From NCBI GenBank assembly GCA_019352195.1, contig JACAFG010000005.1, forward strand, positions 27,582 to 91,581: a DNA stretch of 64,000 bases. The letters are read 5' to 3'. Below are positions 39,500-46,237 of the stretch, one piece after another (positions within the stretch are counted from its first letter, which is position 1; the number at the start of each line of letters is the position of its first letter). The translations under genes were made by a program, and so were the position numbers. The notes under the pieces were generated by a model. That model saw only the letters and a list, made by a program, of their open reading frames with translations. It had not been told where the DNA came from and searched no databases. This DNA comes from Candidatus Saccharimonadota bacterium. GTDB taxonomy: Bacteria > Patescibacteriota > Saccharimonadia > UBA4664.

Positions 39500-39716
39500 T
39501 TGACGGTCCTTTCGATCGATGTAAACCAGCACGACAGAACTGCCGATTAAGTTATCATAGCACAAAATATGGTAATAGTCAACTATTCGCATCACCCATT
39601 GTTGCTTAGGTAAGGGAGATCTGGTATGCTTGCTCGGTCAAATCAACGAACGAAGCAACCTAACCGTAATCCTCCCGCTCGGGTGGTTAGGCGAAGCCGA
39701 AAGGACACAATTTAAA

Positions 39717-40439
39717 ATGGCAACTGCCAACCTCAAAGAATTATTGGAGGCCGGAGCTCACTTCGGTCACCAAACCCGTCGATGGAACCCTAAGATGAAA
39801 CAATACATCTACGGTGCTCGTGGTGGTGTACATATTATTGACCTCGTTCAAACGGGTCCATTGCTGGACGCTGCGATTAAATTTGTTCATGACACCACGG
39901 CCGGTGGTGGCAAAGTACTGTTTGTAGCTACCAAGCGTCAGGCAGCTGGGATTGTAAAGGCAGAGGCAGAAGCTGCTGGTATGCCGTTTGTAACCGAGCG
40001 CTGGCTTGGCGGTATGCTGACCAACTTCCGAACGATCCGGACGCAAGTTGCCCGCCTCAAGAAAATTGAAGCAGGGCTTGAGAGTGGCGATTACGCGACT
40101 AAGTACAACAAGAAAGAGCAGCTGGACTTTACCAATGAAGCTGCTCGCCTCAACCGCATTTTTGGCGGCATCAAGAACATGGACGCGTTACCAGCGGCAA
40201 TTTTTGTAGTCGACGCTCCCAAGGAAGACCTGGCTATTGCTGAGGCTCGTAAACTGGGTATTCCGGTGGTTGCTATGGCCGATACCAACGCTGACCCCGA
40301 TCTCATCGACTATCTGATTCCCGCGAACGATGATGCCATTAAGACGGTTAAGATTATCACTCACCTCATTGCTGAGGCCGCGTCTAATGGTAACCAAATC
40401 GCCTCAGTTCGCGCCAAAGAAGCTGCTGACCAAGCGTAA
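39717..40439 (+). CDS. rpsB: 30S ribosomal protein S2
   Basis: MATANLKELLEAGAHFGHQTRRWNPKM, with an AAAGGA SD. The ORF-track N-terminal extension is taken as not translated. Confidence 0.9.
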   Translation: MATANLKELLEAGAHFGHQTRRWNPKMKQYIYGARGGVHIIDLVQTGPLLDAAIKFVHDTTAGGGKVLFVATKRQAAGIVKAEAEAAGMPFVTERWLGGMLTNFRTIRTQVARLKKIEAGLESGDYATKYNKKEQLDFTNEAARLNRIFGGIKNMDALPAAIFVVDAPKEDLAIAEARKLGIPVVAMADTNADPDLIDYLIPANDDAIKTVKIITHLIAEAASNGNQIASVRAKEAADQA

Positions 40440-40511
40440 TTTTCCGATCACAAAACTATAAGACGTAAATGAGATCTCAAATTAAGTTTGGGATGATAGA
40501 GAGGAGATAGT

Positions 40512-41099
40512 ATGGCTGTTTCAATTGAAGATATTAAGAAGCTCCGCGACGCTACGGGCGCCGGGATGATGAAGGCCAAAGAAGCATTGGAGGCTGCCAG
40601 CGGCGACTTCGATAAGGCGATCGAACACTTGCGCAAAAGTGGTGCGGCATCGGCGGCTAAAAAGGCTGACCGTGAAGCACGCGACGGTGTTATCGAAGGC
40701 TACGTTCACTCCGGTCGCATCGGTGTACTCGTGGAAATTAACTGTGAGACCGACTTTGTGGCTCGCACTGAAGATTTCAAAGGCTTTGCCCGCGATATTG
40801 CGATGCACATTGCCGCCGCTAACCCAACCTACGTAACCCCGGCCGAAGTCCCCGCCGACGTTATCGAAGCCGAAAAGCGCGTCTACGCCGAGGACACCAA
40901 GGGCAAGCCGGAGGAAATTGCTGCCAAAATTATTGACGGTAAGCTGGCCAAGTTTTACGAAAACGTTTGTCTGGTCAAGCAGCCCTTTGTCAAAGACCCG
41001 GACAAGAGCATAGAAACGCTCACCGGCGAGCTGGTTGGTAAACTGGGTGAAAACATCGTTATTCGCCGCTTTACCCGCATGGAGCTCGGTCAGCTCTAA
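40512..41099 (+). CDS. tsf: elongation factor Ts
   Basis: IKKLRDATGAGMMKAKEAL signature. A short 195-aa form. Confidence 0.9.
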   Translation: MAVSIEDIKKLRDATGAGMMKAKEALEAASGDFDKAIEHLRKSGAASAAKKADREARDGVIEGYVHSGRIGVLVEINCETDFVARTEDFKGFARDIAMHIAAANPTYVTPAEVPADVIEAEKRVYAEDTKGKPEEIAAKIIDGKLAKFYENVCLVKQPFVKDPDKSIETLTGELVGKLGENIVIRRFTRMELGQL

Positions 41100-41153
41100 G
41101 GCAAAGCTAGACGGATGAGGGGTAATTAACCCCTAAAATCTCTGAGCAACCCT

Positions 41154-41183
41154 CAAAAACACCGCTTGTGGCGGTGTTTTTGG
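41154..41183 (+). terminator. bidirectional terminator after tsf
   Basis: AAAAAC-ACACCGC-ttgtg-GCGGTGT-TTTTTGG. Confidence 0.6.
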
Positions 41184-41227
41184 TATAACGGGCGCCTTGG
41201 TGATAACTTATGCCTAGCAGCAACGAA

Positions 41228-41254
41228 GCCCCACAGCGGGGCACGCCGTGGGGC
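41228..41254 (-). repeat. variant copy of the GC-rich palindromic element (GCCCCAC-13nt-GTGGGGC)
   Basis: It has the same 7-bp stem and the CGAAGCCCCAC flank as the five main copies. It lies downstream of the 41283..41615 ORF. Confidence 0.6.
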
Positions 41255-41282
41255 AGCAATGATGAGGAAGTGCACAGATTGG

Positions 41283-41615
41283 TCAGCTCCCGCGAACCTT
41301 CGAAATTCGCTGAACCGGACCGGTCACAAATGGGAAACTATATTTCAAACTGAACAGCCACATTGGCTCGCCGCATTTGATGACGGTTGCTGCAGGGTGG
41401 TAGGGATCATGATGCGGGCAGAGGAGCTTGACGTCGCTTGCAAATGGAAAGGTGGAAAAGGGGGTTGTCCCAAATGCTTCCCACGTAGTGGCGAGTCTCC
41501 AAATCTTGATTGTGTCGTCATCGCTAAGCTGTATGACATAGCTGCCACTTACGCGGACCCCGGTATCTATTTGATACCTGCCGCAGCCGACGGTGGTGTC
41601 GAGTTGGTTCCTCAC
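41283..41615 (-). CDS. hypothetical ORF with WD40-repeat-like fragment
   Basis: 110 aa. The motif SGSYVIQLSDDDTIKIWRL resembles a WD40 blade. It may be a remnant. Confidence 0.3.
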   Translation of the reverse strand: MRNQLDTTVGCGRYQIDTGVRVSGSYVIQLSDDDTIKIWRLATTWEAFGTTPFSTFPFASDVKLLCPHHDPYHPAATVIKCGEPMWLFSLKYSFPFVTGPVQRISKVRGS

Positions 41616-41683
41616 GTGAGGGCTCTTTTCTATGACGAGGGTTTTGTTTTGGATATAGTGACCCCAGCACGGTTATTTGGCAA

Positions 41684-41720
41684 GGCGAAGCCCCACTGGC
41701 AATGGGGTCGCCGGTGGGGC
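41684..41720 (-). repeat. GC-rich palindromic element copy 1 (terminator-like)
   Basis: GCGAAGCCCCACTGGCAATGGGGTCGCCGGTGGGGC lies immediately 3' of the A1 stop. Confidence 0.75.
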
Positions 41721-41727
41721 AGGATGG

Positions 41728-42447
41728 TCAGTGGGACAGATTGTAGTGCCGGATGAGCGCGCCGGCCAGCGCAGTGAGGACCTCAGTGTCGCCGGTGCTC
41801 AATTGGTGCCCCCCGTTTCGCAACTGGCGCAAGTGGACAGCAATCGACTGGGGCGTGTAGCCGATGAGGTCGCCGAGCTGAGCCAAGCCGCAGGCTTTCA
41901 ACAGCTCCAGTTTACGCCTCGAAATATCGATGCGTGGGTGCTTTATGCGGAACATGTCGTTGCAGGCTCTCGTCAGCGTGATGGCCCGAAACTGGTCCAA
42001 CGGCACATAGATAGCGCCGTTGATGGTGGGGTAAGTGAACCAGTCGGCGCGGTTACCGGCTGCCGAACCCAGTTCCACCCCAGCCCGCGAGAGCAAGCCG
42101 AGGATGATGTTGACGCGGTTGACGCCCAGGCCTCTGATATCGGAAAGCTCCTTACGAGTGATCAACGCACAGTCGGCCAGGGAATTGATCCACAGATGCT
42201 CCTTGAGAGGGCACACCGCCGTGAGCTCCTCACCCTGGAGCTGGCGGCTCAGATCGAGGAGCGGCATGTCAGGGTCAAGCTTAGGCTTGGGCCCGGCCGA
42301 ACTGAAGGCCATCACCCTGTCGTCCACCGCGGCAAAGTAGCGATTGGAGCCATTAGCCGTGAGCACGAGGCGTGGGTCGGACAAAAGTATTTGTGTGACA
42401 GCGTCGGTGTCGTCGGGCTTAACCTCGAGAACAATTCGTGTGCGCAT
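41728..42447 (-). CDS. family A protein 1: tandem alpha-CTD-like helix-hairpin-helix domains
   Basis: 239 aa. The segments ADCALITRKELSDIRGLGVNRVNIILGLLSRAGVELG and ISRRKLELLKACGLAQLGDLIGYTPQSI both match the RpoA C-terminal domain pattern (LSxRxxNxLKxxxIxxIGDL...EL...G...I..L..RG). Confidence 0.7.
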   Translation of the reverse strand: MRTRIVLEVKPDDTDAVTQILLSDPRLVLTANGSNRYFAAVDDRVMAFSSAGPKPKLDPDMPLLDLSRQLQGEELTAVCPLKEHLWINSLADCALITRKELSDIRGLGVNRVNIILGLLSRAGVELGSAAGNRADWFTYPTINGAIYVPLDQFRAITLTRACNDMFRIKHPRIDISRRKLELLKACGLAQLGDLIGYTPQSIAVHLRQLRNGGHQLSTGDTEVLTALAGALIRHYNLSH

Positions 42448-42484
42448 GGGAGCGCCTCTCTGTGAGGAACGATTTTGAAATCAG

Positions 42485-42518
42485 GTTATATCAAAGCAAA
42501 ATAATCCTCAAAAGTCAA
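42485..42518 (-). promoter_or_regulatory. promoter of A1 (extended -10 TGaTATAAC; TTGACT upstream)
   Basis: Minus strand reads TTGACT...TGATATAAC. The -35/-10 spacing is 22, so it is probably extended-minus-10 driven. Confidence 0.4.
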
Positions 42519-42531
42519 TATTTGCGCCCAA

Positions 42532-42568
42532 GACGAAGCCCCACTGGCAATGGGGTCGCCGGTGGGGC
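42532..42568 (-). repeat. GC-rich palindromic element copy 2
   Basis: Identical 37-mer lying 3' of the A2 stop. Confidence 0.75.
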
Positions 42569-42576
42569 AGGGAAGA

Positions 42577-43293
42577 CTAGAGCTTGATATCGCAGTGGGA
42601 GGCAATCTGCCACAAGAAGATGGCTACATGGGGCGGCATATTTTGGCCGTTGGCTTGCAGCTGCCGCGAATTGATAGAGTCTATGGTCTGGCCGCGCAGA
42701 TCTCCCAGCGTACGCAAGTCCAGGGCCGCCAGCGTGGTATCGCTGATGTAGACATCGGGGCGATGCTGATGGTCGAGGGTGCATTTTACCCCGATCCAGC
42801 TGTCAGCCCACCTGAGCGGGATGGCACGAAACTGAGCTGGGGGGACCAATTCATCCAGAAATTTGTAGCCGCTACGCTGGTACTTGGCCAGCGAACCCAC
42901 GGTTACATGCGCTTCTTCGAGCAGGTCGATCAAAGCCTGGAGCTTCATTGGGCCCATACCCAGGAGACGGCCGAGCTCCGCTTCGGTGACGAAGGAACAG
43001 TCGGCGAGCCGATTAATCCACAAATGCCGCTCCATTAAAATGGGGACGGCACTGGATTGGTGGCCGCTCAGGTGGGGCACGAGATCGCTGAACGGTACGT
43101 CGGCCAAGTCGTCGACATAATTATCGACCCGAATATTGTTTTGGGCGCACAGACGCAACAGCTGCGCGCTCAAGCTCTCCTTGCCTAAGGGCGGAGCCGG
43201 CGTTCCTTCCGCCGTGGCTTGGATAGCGGCGCACAATCTCAGGACGAGACGGAAATCAATGTCGGCGGCTGGATTTACCACGGTATTGGTCAT
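42577..43293 (-). CDS. family A protein 2 (paralog of 41728..42447)
   Basis: 238 aa. It shares HLWIN[SR]LADC...GLG and PxxQFRAI blocks with A1. Confidence 0.7.
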   Translation of the reverse strand: MTNTVVNPAADIDFRLVLRLCAAIQATAEGTPAPPLGKESLSAQLLRLCAQNNIRVDNYVDDLADVPFSDLVPHLSGHQSSAVPILMERHLWINRLADCSFVTEAELGRLLGMGPMKLQALIDLLEEAHVTVGSLAKYQRSGYKFLDELVPPAQFRAIPLRWADSWIGVKCTLDHQHRPDVYISDTTLAALDLRTLGDLRGQTIDSINSRQLQANGQNMPPHVAIFLWQIASHCDIKL

Positions 43294-43339
43294 GGCATAC
43301 TCATTTCAAGGTCAGAAGGGATAGGAAGGGAGTAGAAGT

Positions 43340-43368
43340 CTTATAACACTATATTATTCTTAAGTAAA
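43340..43368 (-). promoter_or_regulatory. promoter of A2, TTTACT-17-TATAAG
   Basis: -10 is the complement of 43340-43345; -35 is the complement of 43363-43368. Confidence 0.5.
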
Positions 43369-43383
43369 GAAATGATGGTCCAA

Positions 43384-43420
43384 GACGAAGCCCCACTGGC
43401 AATGGGGTCGCCGGTGGGGC
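43384..43420 (-). repeat. GC-rich palindromic element copy 3
   Basis: Identical 37-mer lying 3' of the B1 stop. Confidence 0.75.
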
Positions 43421-43439
43421 AGGGAACGAGCTAGAGGTG

Positions 43440-44003
43440 CTACTCGAACGATTCGGTATCAGGGTTAAAGGGGACGTAAGTCGTTCTCGCTGCCACGTAC
43501 GTAATGGGATCGAGAGGGTCGGTGATATGGGGTCCCTGCGCTTGCAGCATCGTGGTGAGTATCGAAATAGAGTTGAGCCAATCGTTGGGCACGAAGACGA
43601 TGCTCATATCGTCGTTGCCGCTATCGCGCCGGATAGCCTGTGCAAGCACTTGCATCTCCGCCAGATTCAAGGGATCGACCTGGCAGAAGGCGTCAACGAG
43701 AAACGCTTCGAGCGAGGTACCGAGGAGATCCCAAGTGATGTTCTTGCGGTTCTCGTGCCATAACTGCGCAGACGGTGCTTCGCCTATTCTCGTTTGGCGG
43801 TGATCGTGCAACCGCGGTCTGGTCATGCGGTCGAAGTACTCCCCGATGAGGGGATCATTGACCGCGACGAGGATCGCTACTTCGTGGCGTCCGTAGTTCG
43901 GATTGGTGAAGGTCCAAACTTTATTCACCGGACGAAGTTTGAGGAGCTCTCTGGCGAAGAGCTCAGACCTCATGAGCCGAGATACTTCCTGTTGGGGCGA
44001 CAT
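43440..44003 (-). CDS. family B protein 1 (unknown function)
   Basis: The ORF track gives 43440..44129, but its 5' part runs through the upstream element and promoter. The predicted TSS is ~44060. The start is chosen at MSPQQ (GGAGA-4nt-ATG, 44003). The alternative MTSGDP start is at 44021. The conserved C-terminus is FNPDTESFE. Confidence 0.65.
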   Translation of the reverse strand: MSPQQEVSRLMRSELFARELLKLRPVNKVWTFTNPNYGRHEVAILVAVNDPLIGEYFDRMTRPRLHDHRQTRIGEAPSAQLWHENRKNITWDLLGTSLEAFLVDAFCQVDPLNLAEMQVLAQAIRRDSGNDDMSIVFVPNDWLNSISILTTMLQAQGPHITDPLDPITYVAARTTYVPFNPDTESFE

Positions 44004-44066
44004 AGGGTCTCCAGATGTCATGGGGTGCAAAAGCCGTGGCCGGATGGTCATAGCTTGGTTATGGTA

Positions 44067-44095
44067 TTTATAACTTGAAATGCTAAAAAAGTCAA
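44067..44095 (-). promoter_or_regulatory. promoter of B1, TTGACT-17-TATAAA
   Basis: -10 is the complement of 44067-44072; -35 is the complement of 44090-44095. Confidence 0.6.
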
Positions 44096-44110
44096 TGATT
44101 GAGTGCAAAC

Positions 44111-44147
44111 GACGAAGCCCCACTGGCAATGGGGTCGCCGGTGGGGC
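44111..44147 (-). repeat. GC-rich palindromic element copy 4
   Basis: Identical core lying 3' of the B2 stop. Confidence 0.75.
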
Positions 44148-44157
44148 TGAGTGAAGG

Positions 44158-44733
44158 TCACTCGTGGTCCTCGAAGGAGGCGGTATCTGGATTGAAGCGG
44201 GCGTAGGTCAGGGCCGCCAGGTTGAAGGTCTCGGGTTCGAGTGGGTCGGTGATGGAATCTACTCCCAGTCGGTACAGCTTTTCTGTCAGCACCGAAACAC
44301 AGTCGAGCCAGTTGTTAGGCGCCAGAATGATGCTCATGTTGTGGTTGCCGCTATCGCGCTGCATAACGCCAGCCAGCTCCTGCATCGTCGCCAGATTCGC
44401 GGGCTCGATCTGGCAGAAGGCGCGGACGAGAAACGCTTCGAACGAGGTGCCGAGGAGATCCCAGGTGATGGTCTGGCGGTCCTCTACCCAATACCTATCC
44501 GACGTCAAGTCGTTGTATCGGGTGCGGCGGTGACGGTGAGCCCATGGCAGGGCCAGGCGCTTGAAGTACTCGTCGACCAGGCGGTCGCGGACCGATACGA
44601 GCATGGCCGTTTCCGGGTGTCCGAAGTTGGGGTTGGTAATCGCCCAAACTTTGATCACGGGGTCAAGCTTGAGCAGCTCTCTGGCCATGAGAGCAGGCCC
44701 GGTGAGCCGAGATACTTCCTGTTGAGTCGACAT
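44158..44733 (-). CDS. family B protein 2 (paralog of B1)
   Basis: The 5' UTR-start region ATGACATCTGGAGACCCTATGTCG is conserved at nucleotide level with B1. The protein shares WDLLGTS[LF]EAFLV and FNPDTASFE. The start is chosen at MSTQQ (44733); the alternative is 44751. Confidence 0.65.
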   Translation of the reverse strand: MSTQQEVSRLTGPALMARELLKLDPVIKVWAITNPNFGHPETAMLVSVRDRLVDEYFKRLALPWAHRHRRTRYNDLTSDRYWVEDRQTITWDLLGTSFEAFLVRAFCQIEPANLATMQELAGVMQRDSGNHNMSIILAPNNWLDCVSVLTEKLYRLGVDSITDPLEPETFNLAALTYARFNPDTASFEDHE

Positions 44734-44796
44734 AGGGTCTCCAGATGTCATGAGGTGCGAAAGCCGTGAGCGGGTGCTGACGGCTTGGTTATACAA

Positions 44797-44825
44797 TTTA
44801 TAACTTTAAATTGTTAAAATGTCAA
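44797..44825 (-). promoter_or_regulatory. promoter of B2, TTGACA-17-TATAAA
   Basis: -10 is the complement of 44797-44802; -35 is the complement of 44820-44825. Confidence 0.6.
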
Positions 44826-44840
44826 TGTTTTGGTGCGGAC

Positions 44841-44877
44841 GACGAAGCCCCACTGGCAGTGGGGTCGCCGGTGGGGC
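44841..44877 (-). repeat. GC-rich palindromic element copy 5 (one substitution, CAGT for CAAT)
   Basis: Lies 3' of the B3 stop. Confidence 0.75.
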
Positions 44878-44887
44878 TGAGTGAGGG

Positions 44888-45439
44888 TTACTCGTTGATG
44901 AGGAGGTACCGGGCGAAGTCGCCGGTGCCCGGGCGATAGAGCTGGGGGGCGTTGGCCGCGACGGAGAAGGCGCGGGCCTCGAGCGGATCGACCACCTCCT
45001 GGGTGGGCAGGCGGGCGTCGAGATGATCGGCGTTGTAGCGCCAGAAGGGTGCCACCAAGACGATGTCCAGGCGCCCGAGGAACAGGTCATCGATGAGTGC
45101 CGCGCCTTCATCGCCGTACTGCTGGTAGAGCTCACCGACGAGTTCTTCCCAGCGGATGTCAAGGAGGTCCCAGACGAGTTCGAGGCGGGTTTCGGGCGCC
45201 TCCGTGGTCCAGCTGTGGCCGTTGTCGTCGGAATCGGTATCGACGATGATGTACGGGACGGCCAGCCGTTCCATGTAGACCTCGGCGAGCTCGGGGGTGA
45301 CCTCGACCGCGAGGCGGGCCACGGCATTGTTGGCATCGTTCGGTGCGACGGCGACCCGGCAGATCTCGGTCACGCATTCGAGGCGAAACAGCACCTGGGC
45401 GGCCAGGTGCACGGTGGTGAGTTCGACGCTTGCGGGCAT
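44888..45439 (-). CDS. family B protein 3 (divergent acidic paralog)
   Basis: It shares WDLL..., the [LI]V[FL]V[PA][NP][DF]W block, and the C-terminal YRPGTGDF (cf. FNPDTESF). The start is chosen at MPASVELT (GGAG-6nt-ATG). The alternative MELLMPAS start is at 45451. The ORF-track start at 45550 lies upstream of the promoter. Confidence 0.55.
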   Translation of the reverse strand: MPASVELTTVHLAAQVLFRLECVTEICRVAVAPNDANNAVARLAVEVTPELAEVYMERLAVPYIIVDTDSDDNGHSWTTEAPETRLELVWDLLDIRWEELVGELYQQYGDEGAALIDDLFLGRLDIVLVAPFWRYNADHLDARLPTQEVVDPLEARAFSVAANAPQLYRPGTGDFARYLLINE

Positions 45440-45505
45440 GAGTAACTCCATGTTGTGACCAGGGTGCGAAGCTCGCACCAGTTGAGGGTAGAGCTTGATT
45501 AGGCA

Positions 45506-45534
45506 ATTATAACTATGTTGACACAATAAGTCAA
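45506..45534 (-). promoter_or_regulatory. promoter of B3, TTGACT-17-TATAAT
   Basis: -10 is the complement of 45506-45511; -35 is the complement of 45529-45534. It overlaps, face to face, a plus-strand TTGACA at 45518-45523 upstream of frr. Confidence 0.6.
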
Positions 45535-45615
45535 TACTATTTAACCACAACCGGCAACGATACGCCTCGTTGTGATAAAATTAGTGAGAATTTCAGCTAA
45601 TATCCGAGGTAACAA

Positions 45616-46176
45616 ATGGTACGACAAATTATTGATGGCGCCGATCCAAAAATGCAAAAAGCGATTGAGCACTTAGACTCGGAGATGACCTCGTTGCGAA
45701 CGGGACGAGCTTCGACGTCGCTGGTTGATAGCCTGATCGTTGAGGTTTACGGCGTGCCGCAGCCGCTCAAGGCCATTGCCAGTATTAACACGCCGGACTC
45801 GCGTTCAATTGCCATTACGCCTTGGGACCGGACGAGTTTGCCAATTATCGAAAAAGCCATCCGCGAAAACCAGCAGCTGGGGCTCAATCCGAATAACGAC
45901 GGTACGGTGATCCGCCTCAACATCCCTTCGATGACCGAAGATCGTCGCCGCGAAGTGGTTAAGAGCCTGGGCGCCAAAGTCGAGGATTGCCGCATCGCGC
46001 TGCGCAATATTCGTCACGATACGCTCGGTGAAGTTAAGAAGCTGGAAAAAGCTAAAGAAGCGACGCAAGACGACGTTAAATTTGCTGAAACCGAGCTCAA
46101 TAAGAAAATTGAGACGTTTCAGCGTAAAATTGAAGAATTGGAAGCGGCCAAAACCAAAGAGATTATGTCGGTTTAG
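45616..46176 (+). CDS. frr: ribosome recycling factor
   Basis: 186 aa, with typical RRF conservation (VIRLNIPSMTEDRRRE). Confidence 0.9.
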   Translation: MVRQIIDGADPKMQKAIEHLDSEMTSLRTGRASTSLVDSLIVEVYGVPQPLKAIASINTPDSRSIAITPWDRTSLPIIEKAIRENQQLGLNPNNDGTVIRLNIPSMTEDRRREVVKSLGAKVEDCRIALRNIRHDTLGEVKKLEKAKEATQDDVKFAETELNKKIETFQRKIEELEAAKTKEIMSV

Positions 46177-46237
46177 TCGACTGGCGCCGATTCTTTTGTT
46201 AGATTAAGGCGTAAGCAATTTACTGTAATAACATTTC

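Noticed and set aside
41166-41756. Plus-strand 196-aa ORF
   Set aside because: It reads through the palindromic element (translated as AKPHWQWGRRWGR) and the promoter region. It also overlaps the better-supported minus-strand ORF, so it is likely spurious.
41190-45560. Integron-like gene cassette array, with the 37-nt palindromes as attC sites
   Set aside because: No intI integrase or attI is nearby. The elements lack the R''-L''/L'-R' core sites (GTTRRRY) of attC. Each gene has its own strong promoter, which is atypical for cassettes.
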